Virus record (IMG/VR): IMGVR_UViG_3300033146_001382
Span: 125,442-189,441 of that record
From: a virus
Length of the DNA: 64,000 nucleotides
Direction: 5' to 3' (one strand)
Of this stretch, positions 58,176 through 64,000 are shown in pieces; the first letter of the stretch is position 1, and each line of letters begins with the position of its first letter. The notes beneath the pieces were generated by a model. That model was not told where the DNA came from. It did not search any database and saw nothing but the letters and a program-made list of their open reading frames with translations. The position numbers were made by a program, and so were the translations under genes.

Positions 58176-58424
58176 ATGAAAGACAAGAAAGAAGTAACTG
58201 CCCATGAGTGGGAAGTAGAAGTAAAGGCTAAACTTGATGAGTTTATTAATAATTTTCTTAGTGTTTCTAAAGAGTGTAATATGGCCACTAAGTATTTTTA
58301 TCCAGAATTGGAAGTATTTGAAACTCATACAGAATATGACAAATCTAAGACTAATGGTGCTGAACTTAGAATAGTTTTTAATTTTGTTGACAATGTTGAC
58401 TTATCCTCAATGAATTTTACTTAA
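58176..58424 (+). CDS. Hypothetical protein
   Basis: 82-aa ORF with AAGGAG RBS. Confidence 0.55.
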   Translation: MKDKKEVTAHEWEVEVKAKLDEFINNFLSVSKECNMATKYFYPELEVFETHTEYDKSKTNGAELRIVFNFVDNVDLSSMNFT

Positions 58425-58456
58425 TTATTTAACCTCATGTATAGTAGGAGTAAATT

Positions 58457-59011
58457 ATGGATAATGGGACTATTTATTTTAGAGATGGTGAGTTAATTAC
58501 AAAGAGTGGTGAAGTTAAAGTGTATCAAATGCAAGATGATTTATTCATGGAGGCCGGTAGGGGCAATCTTATAGCTTCAGACCGAGACTTAAGTGATTAT
58601 ATCTGGCAAATAAATAATAAACCATTTGGTAATTGTTTAGTTGTGGGACTAGGTCTGGGTGTATCAGCTAGGTATATCTCATCCATGGCTAAGGTGGATA
58701 AAGTTACAGTATTAGAAGAAGACGCAGATGTTATTACTGCACAAACTAATGCTACTCCTTTTGATAGTAATAAAATTACTATAATTAATAATAATATTTT
58801 ATCTTTTCTTTACACTACTAAAGAAAAATATAATTTTATTTTTATCGACTGCTACAATATAATTGATGAGGACACCTTCCCAGTTATAGCTGATATAGTA
58901 GCAGCCAGTAAAGTACCATTATCCACGAATGGTATTTTAATAGGGTGGTTAGATAGTAGTACACCTGAAATATTTATAGATGCATTTTATGGGTTATTCA
59001 CACTTCATTAA
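58457..59011 (+). CDS. SAM-dependent methyltransferase, spermidine-synthase-like fold
   Basis: CLVVGLGLG, VTVLE...DVI, YNFIFIDCY. Confidence 0.75.
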   Translation: MDNGTIYFRDGELITKSGEVKVYQMQDDLFMEAGRGNLIASDRDLSDYIWQINNKPFGNCLVVGLGLGVSARYISSMAKVDKVTVLEEDADVITAQTNATPFDSNKITIINNNILSFLYTTKEKYNFIFIDCYNIIDEDTFPVIADIVAASKVPLSTNGILIGWLDSSTPEIFIDAFYGLFTLH

Positions 59012-59026
59012 GGAGACTAATTAAAT

Positions 59027-59410
59027 ATGGAGATATACGACATCTTGGTTGTAGATGATGATTCAGAAGTTGCTATACTTTATGAGGCTTTTATGGAGTT
59101 AATGCCATATTCATTTAAAGTAGCATCATCTGCAGATGATGCTTTAGAACTACTTAAACATACTAAATTTACAGTATTTATATTAGATATAGATTTAGGA
59201 TACAATTCTATGAATGGAGTTGATCTTAGTATCAAAATAAAAGAAATACAGTCTGACGCTAAAGTATATGCCTTAACAGGCCATGCTGGAATTTTTGATG
59301 GGTTTGACCCTGCTATAGCTGGTTTTGATGAGGTATTTAGTAAACCTTTTGGGTATAAGAATTTAATTATATTATTAAAAAGTATACTAGGTGATAGGAC
59401 TGCTAAATAG
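59027..59410 (+). CDS. Stand-alone response-regulator receiver (CheY-like) domain protein
   Basis: ILVVDDD, phospho-acceptor in ILDIDL, MNGVDL, ALTG, AGFDEVFSKPF. All canonical D/D/T/K residues are present. Confidence 0.9.
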   Translation: MEIYDILVVDDDSEVAILYEAFMELMPYSFKVASSADDALELLKHTKFTVFILDIDLGYNSMNGVDLSIKIKEIQSDAKVYALTGHAGIFDGFDPAIAGFDEVFSKPFGYKNLIILLKSILGDRTAK

Positions 59411-59539
59411 TTTAAGGGCTAGTTTATATTAATGTATAAGTGTGCCATCACTCACTAACTTGATATCTACCCCTTATTGCACAGCCATTAGGCTGAAATA
59501 ATTAAGTTTAATAAAAAAATAAAAGGAGGAAATTTGACT

Positions 59540-61348
59540 ATGGCTCTATTTGGAGTTGAAAATGGAGTAAGGATAGAAACCTCAGACGGTAATGCAGATT
59601 TATTGTTTGGAGTGTCTGACCCTTCTGTAGTCGGAAAAGCTGCCCCAGAGGGCTCTTTATATCTAAGATCTAATGGAGTGTCTTACAAAAAGACAGGACC
59701 AGGTGATTATGATTGGGAGTTAGCTTCACAAGCTGAAGGCGCAGCTATAGGTTATGTATTCATAACTGACGTTACTAATGTAGGCAATATAGGTTCTGAA
59801 TCTTATGTTGCTAACACAGTACCAGCCGACACTGTTTTAACAGAATGTACTACAGACACTACAGATGTTACGATAGCTTTTCTTGCAGAACCAGCAGGTT
59901 TTTATAGCCCTACTCTTTCTATTAGTGGCGTCAATTGTACAAATTTAGCTCAATATGGGGATGATAGACGTCTCTTTAGTGGATCTATTGGAGTAACTTT
60001 AACATGCGCTGCCGGAGAACATCAAGATTTTGTAGTAGAAAGTTCTACTGGTCAAAGTACAACAGTTAGAATTAATAGAGCTGGTGCAGGACCAGAGATT
60101 ACTGCAATAGTTTTTGGCTCATACCCAGGAACACAGACAGATTTAAAAAATAATGATCAGATTGGTGTAACTGTTACGGTAGCTAATGATGCTTCATCTG
60201 TATGGATAGAAGCAGATAAAGCTTCTAAAACACTAGTCAACTTAACGTTGGGAGCAGTAGATGGGGCAGGTGTTGGTTATAGACATGCAACTGGTACTAT
60301 TACTATCTCTTCTATAGCTTCAGACGCACCAGTTGATGCCCAGGCAGAAAATACATTAGGGACTAAAGGGGATGTATTTACCTCTAGTGACTTAAGTATT
60401 GATCAGGTTTATCCTACCATTACCTTTAATTCTATTACGTATCCAACAACACAGGGTGCGATTAAAAATAGTGAGACTGCAGATGTTAATGTTTCTGTAA
60501 CTAATTGGGTTTCAGGTACCGATACTATTACTTATAGTACCCCACTTAATCAGATCTCTATTCCTGGTACTACTATTTACGCTCAAACTAAAACTGTTAC
60601 TAGAATTGCTGGGGATTATAATGTAAGTTCTAATAATTATAGTATATCAGCAACTAAAGTTAATAATGATGCAACTAGGTCTGCCAGTTATAATGTCAGA
60701 ATAGCACATGTTGCAGCGCAATTAGCAGTTAATGAGCCAGCAGCTAGACTCAGGACAGGAGGTACTGGTTTTTCTAATGTAGGTCTTACGACAGCAGCTT
60801 CTACAGCTGAACATACTATTACTATAGCAGCTAATCAGATTCTAAACGCAGTTCCTACTCTTGCTAATCCAAGTGCTGGGACTGGTAGTTGGAAGAATGG
60901 TGCTTTTGCTAATGCTGGTGGTATGGCGTCTTTTACTAATACCATACAACTACCAGATGATAGTACTCGTGGCACACATTCTTGGGGTGCTATTAGTGGA
61001 GTTAATCTTGCAGGTATTACTACTTCAGCTATTACTGGTAATAGTTCTTATGTTATTGGTGGTTTTCTACCGAGATACTATAGATTGGTTCTTGGTCAGA
61101 ATGAAAGTTCTGGTGCAGTTGAAACAACTACATATACTAAATTTACACTTGATTGGCAAGCAACTAATGGGAATGGACAAGTTAAGTCCCTATCTAGGGC
61201 AGCCACTATTAATACTGCACCGCCAGTAACTGGTCAGTATACTATTGATGCTGTAGATGGTAATCCTACTAAGTTTATTATTTTAGACACAGCAGCTACA
61301 CAGGGACAAACTGTGGATTCTGCAATACGTGTAGAGGAGGTCGTGTAA
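59540..61348 (+). CDS. Putative virion structural protein, T/S/G/A-rich with Ig-like beta-sandwich repeats
   Basis: Very T/A/G-rich, with alternating beta patterns and an N-terminal APEGSLYLRSNG motif seen in fibre-type proteins. Function inferred. Confidence 0.45.
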   Translation: MALFGVENGVRIETSDGNADLLFGVSDPSVVGKAAPEGSLYLRSNGVSYKKTGPGDYDWELASQAEGAAIGYVFITDVTNVGNIGSESYVANTVPADTVLTECTTDTTDVTIAFLAEPAGFYSPTLSISGVNCTNLAQYGDDRRLFSGSIGVTLTCAAGEHQDFVVESSTGQSTTVRINRAGAGPEITAIVFGSYPGTQTDLKNNDQIGVTVTVANDASSVWIEADKASKTLVNLTLGAVDGAGVGYRHATGTITISSIASDAPVDAQAENTLGTKGDVFTSSDLSIDQVYPTITFNSITYPTTQGAIKNSETADVNVSVTNWVSGTDTITYSTPLNQISIPGTTIYAQTKTVTRIAGDYNVSSNNYSISATKVNNDATRSASYNVRIAHVAAQLAVNEPAARLRTGGTGFSNVGLTTAASTAEHTITIAANQILNAVPTLANPSAGTGSWKNGAFANAGGMASFTNTIQLPDDSTRGTHSWGAISGVNLAGITTSAITGNSSYVIGGFLPRYYRLVLGQNESSGAVETTTYTKFTLDWQATNGNGQVKSLSRAATINTAPPVTGQYTIDAVDGNPTKFIILDTAATQGQTVDSAIRVEEVV

Positions 61349-61349
61349 T

Positions 61350-61916
61350 ATGGCATCCATAGACGGTAATGCGTTTGAAATCGAACGTAGGTTTATACAG
61401 TTAAAATATAACACCAATATGCCTGATGATACTATTTTAGGTTGGGATAATAATCCAAATACAGTATCTAATGGTAATACAGATGGTGAAACATTAATTT
61501 ATAATGTTGCAATGGGGGCATCTTTTCTACAAAGTAATGGTAAACTTTGGTTTAAGAAGTCCTTGCCAAACACTTGGATTGAAATTGGGGGTTCTACCTC
61601 AGTAGCCAGTAACGTTACTACTTACGTTATTCCTACAGGTAATACCCAACAATTTTATAGTTTAGCTTTAAGTAACAACCAGAATTATGAATGGACAGTG
61701 GATACTACTGCTACTACTGGTACTAGTTTATCTAAGTTCTCTAGTCTATATAATGACCCAGATATGGTCTCAAATGAGTACAGTTTTCTAGGGGAAGTAG
61801 TAGACATGGACGTAGATATCACAGCAAGTGGTACTAATTGTAATTTTTCTATTACAAATAATGAGGCAGCCTCTATTACTTGTTCAGTTAAGGTTGAAGC
61901 TTTTAACGCACTTTAA
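61350..61916 (+). CDS. Hypothetical virion-associated protein
   Basis: 188-aa ORF directly after the previous gene, with similar composition. Confidence 0.45.
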   Translation: MASIDGNAFEIERRFIQLKYNTNMPDDTILGWDNNPNTVSNGNTDGETLIYNVAMGASFLQSNGKLWFKKSLPNTWIEIGGSTSVASNVTTYVIPTGNTQQFYSLALSNNQNYEWTVDTTATTGTSLSKFSSLYNDPDMVSNEYSFLGEVVDMDVDITASGTNCNFSITNNEAASITCSVKVEAFNAL

Positions 61917-61923
61917 TATTAAT

Positions 61924-61949
61924 AACCTACCCCTTAATTGGGGTAGGTT
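61924..61949 (+). terminator. GC-rich hairpin, probable terminator
   Basis: aacctacccc-ttaatt-ggggtaggtt, a 10-bp stem 8 nt after the stop codon. The U-tract is short. Confidence 0.6.
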
Positions 61950-61966
61950 TAACTGAGGTAAGACTT

Positions 61967-62383
61967 ATGGAAGTAGAAAATATAAATTCATTAAAAGGTT
62001 TAATAACTAAAGCTAACCGTGTAATGGGCAGGCATAGTCCTAAAAGTAAACTAAGTGAATATGCTTTTTGTAGTAAATTAAATATGTTCCCAGTACCAGA
62101 CTGTGATCATATAGCGGTAGCTAGAGCTTATCTAGGTAAATCTAAATTTACTAAAGAAGCAAAAGAAAAGATAGCTGATTGTATTAATAAAAGGTCTGAT
62201 GAACTAGGTTGTACTTCTAATACAAAAATAACAGCTAGTAGGAAGTACCCTATTTATATAGAGCTGTCTTATAAGCAAAAACAACTGTATAGTTCTGAAG
62301 TATTTAGGGTTACTAGAAATTTAGTGGAAGATTCTATTATTAACCCAGGTAAGAAACTGAACTCTATAGATATTATTTTGTAA
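61967..62383 (+). CDS. Hypothetical protein (possibly DUF6582-like)
   Basis: FPVPDCDHIAVARAYL resembles the FPxPDxxHxxxAxxx motif of phage head-associated proteins. Recalled similarity, not verified. Confidence 0.4.
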   Translation: MEVENINSLKGLITKANRVMGRHSPKSKLSEYAFCSKLNMFPVPDCDHIAVARAYLGKSKFTKEAKEKIADCINKRSDELGCTSNTKITASRKYPIYIELSYKQKQLYSSEVFRVTRNLVEDSIINPGKKLNSIDIIL

Positions 62384-62393
62384 AGGTATATAA

Positions 62394-62972
62394 ATGAATT
62401 TAGATTATTTACAAAACAAAGTAGCTAATTGTAGGATGTGTAGTTTAGCTAAGACTAGGAAAGTTCCAGTGTTTGCTAAAGGTAATCCGTATGCTAAACT
62501 ATTAGTTTGTGGTATGTGTCCAGGTCCTGAAGAGAATAGTTTGGAGAATGAAATGGGCTGGCCATTCATTGGTAGGGCAGGAAAACAATTAGATGAAATA
62601 CTAGAAGACACAAAACTTACTCAGAAAGATGTTTATATAACTAATCTAGTAAAATGTTTTGTAAAGCCCGGCATTAGACTAGATGATAGAAATATAGATA
62701 GATGCATGCCTTATATGATAGAACAAATAGGAGCTATCTCCCCAAAGATTGTACTGGCATTAGGGGCAGACGCTGGAAGGGCCTTATTAAATAAACCTAA
62801 GTCTACTTCGTTATCTTCTATGCGAGGTAAGCGATATAAATTCACTGAGGCTATAAGTATTATAGTTACTTATCACCCCTCATATTTTTTTCGGTTGGGT
62901 GGTAGAAAACACGACCATTATAGTAGAATAATAGACGATATAGAATGGGCAAAGGAAATAATTAATAGATAA
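62394..62972 (+). CDS. Family-4-like (Fe-S) uracil-DNA glycosylase
   Basis: CRMCSL, GMCPG (motif A), PFIGRAG, TNLVKC, C-terminal YHPS (motif B). Confidence 0.88.
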   Translation: MNLDYLQNKVANCRMCSLAKTRKVPVFAKGNPYAKLLVCGMCPGPEENSLENEMGWPFIGRAGKQLDEILEDTKLTQKDVYITNLVKCFVKPGIRLDDRNIDRCMPYMIEQIGAISPKIVLALGADAGRALLNKPKSTSLSSMRGKRYKFTEAISIIVTYHPSYFFRLGGRKHDHYSRIIDDIEWAKEIINR

Positions 62973-62993
62973 TTTAATTATATTGTATTATTT

Positions 62994-63047
62994 TAGGGCT
63001 ATGTAGGTATTATATATATATATTATCTTATTAGCCCTATTTTTTTT
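62994..63047 (+). repeat. 8-bp inverted repeat enclosing a TA-rich core, followed by T8
   Basis: tagggcta (62994-63001), 30 nt, tagcccta (63032-39), then tttttttt. Confidence 0.6.
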
Positions 63048-63085
63048 ATCAAGAAAGTATGAAGTATAATAAGGAGGATTTAAGA

Positions 63086-63448
63086 ATGGAGCTAGATGTT
63101 AATTGGTTATGGATTACTTTAGTTTTACCGGTGGCAATAGGTATATTTAAGAATGAAATTGGGAGATTTTTTTCTGACTATGCCACATATCAAAATAGGA
63201 TGTTTGACACTGATGGAGACCCAGGCACAGGACAGTATTGCTATATACAAAGCAGTGCTACTGGGGAGTATGTAAAAATCTATATAGATGATTACAAATT
63301 TGGGTTAGCTCCTAGTGATAGGAAAGTAATTACTTTTCAAGATGATCCAGACGGAACAGGTAATAAAATTATAGTGGTGCCTTACTCATACACTCAATGG
63401 AAGGGTATTATAAAAGGCTCATTACAAAGAGAATTCATAAAAAAATAG
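63086..63448 (+). CDS. Hypothetical protein with N-terminal transmembrane segment
   Basis: WLWITLVLPVAIGIF after an AAGGAGG RBS. Confidence 0.6.
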   Translation: MELDVNWLWITLVLPVAIGIFKNEIGRFFSDYATYQNRMFDTDGDPGTGQYCYIQSSATGEYVKIYIDDYKFGLAPSDRKVITFQDDPDGTGNKIIVVPYSYTQWKGIIKGSLQREFIKK

Positions 63449-63500
63449 TATTAAGTGATAAGCTTTATGATTTAAAATAAAATATTTGGAGGAATTAATT

Positions 63501-63890
63501 ATGCCGTATCATAAATTACTTGTAGGGGAAGATATTCATTCACTACAAAGGTGGGAATTTTCTGGAGAAGCAGCCCGGCTAGGTATTACGTCTAGCGCTG
63601 GAGTATTTGAAGAAAAAACCTCTTCATTTGTTGCAGAATATGGGGGAAATTACACCTTAATGAACACCGTTGGGATAACTGTAACCTTACCAGCAAATGT
63701 AGAAAAGAAGCAATCTATAGTTATTACAGGTGGGGTGTCCGCTGAAACAAATAACATTACGGTAGCACGAAATGGGAATACCATTGGGGGAGAAGCTACT
63801 GATATGACAATTGATAATAAATTTTACCAGATTGAATTTGTTCCCCTTGTATCCACATCTGATTGGCGAGTAGGAGGATCTTTATCATGA
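63501..63890 (+). CDS. Small tail-fibre-associated protein
   Basis: ITVTLPA...NNITVARNGNTIGG...MTID pattern common in phage fibre domains. GGAGG RBS. Confidence 0.55.
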   Translation: MPYHKLLVGEDIHSLQRWEFSGEAARLGITSSAGVFEEKTSSFVAEYGGNYTLMNTVGITVTLPANVEKKQSIVITGGVSAETNNITVARNGNTIGGEATDMTIDNKFYQIEFVPLVSTSDWRVGGSLS

Positions 63891-64000
63891 GTAATGCTAA
63901 AGATTTTATTTCGGGAGGTACTAAATTTGGAGGTACTGGTAAAGATGGTATTTTTAATCCAACCTCTAACTATAATTTCCCTGACACAGAAGGAGCTTGG
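63887..64000 (+). CDS. Partial ORF running off the window end
   Basis: ATG overlaps the previous stop (ATGA). Reads MSNAKDFISGGTKFGGTGKDG... open to the end, with an AGGAGG RBS. Confidence 0.6.
   Translation, partial: MSNAKDFISGGTKFGGTGKDGIFNPTSNYNFPDTEGAW

Noticed and set aside
338-62611. Short minus-strand and nested alternate-frame ORFs in the ORF track (e.g. 338-637, 5725-5964, 16150-16455, 57055-57348)
   Set aside because: All lie within longer, motif-bearing + strand genes, show no recognisable motifs, and are expected as shadows.
43203-62972. Uracil-substituted genome
   Set aside because: dUTPase and a UDG-like gene point to exclusion of uracil from DNA, not incorporation.
1-64000. 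Stop-codon reassignment, as in some huge phages
   Set aside because: Long conserved genes are intact in the standard code, and TAA, TAG and TGA all end genes right before the next RBS/start.
1-64000. tRNA, rRNA or other recognisable structural RNA genes
   Set aside because: No T-loop (GTTCRA) cloverleaf or rRNA-like segment seen in the intergenic gaps, which are few and short. A tRNAscan/Infernal run would be needed to exclude them formally.

Overview
A visibly AT-rich, gene-dense 64 kb segment of a large (probably jumbo/huge) dsDNA bacteriophage. Essentially all credible genes lie on the + strand in the standard genetic code. Layout: (1) 1-14.6 kb, large modular tail/receptor-binding-like proteins (discoidin-like, SPRY-like and beta-helix-like modules, internal repeats). 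(2) 14.8-25.1 kb, replication/recombination genes (beta-clamp, intein-containing RecA, DnaB, DnaG, SSB, RuvC-like, Cas4-like). (3) 25.1-38.5 kb, a sugar-modification island: 5 glycosyltransferases, 2 methyltransferases, a Gfo/Idh/MocA dehydrogenase, a DegT aminotransferase, an LpxA-like acyltransferase, a GNAT/DegT-like fusion, a sulfotransferase, a degenerate KdsC-like protein, a divergent ThyX-like protein and a free-standing homing endonuclease. (4) 38.6-53.3 kb, DnaX-like protein, intein-containing family A polymerase, dUTPase, class II RNR, RNase HII, Dam plus nuclease, RlaP-like nucleotidyltransferase, ligase and dCMP deaminase. (5) 53.4-59.4 kb, an accessory sensing/stress block: a five-PAS protein with no output domain, an Hsp20 gene bracketed by a perfect 13-bp inverted repeat whose 5' arm contains an anti-Shine-Dalgarno, and a stand-alone response-regulator receiver. 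(6) 59.5-64 kb, further virion-like genes and a variant family-4 UDG. No tRNA, rRNA, CRISPR array or reverse transcriptase was seen. All functional calls come from motif recognition by eye; no database searches were run. Several start codons were moved from the ORF track to the nearest Shine-Dalgarno-supported start.
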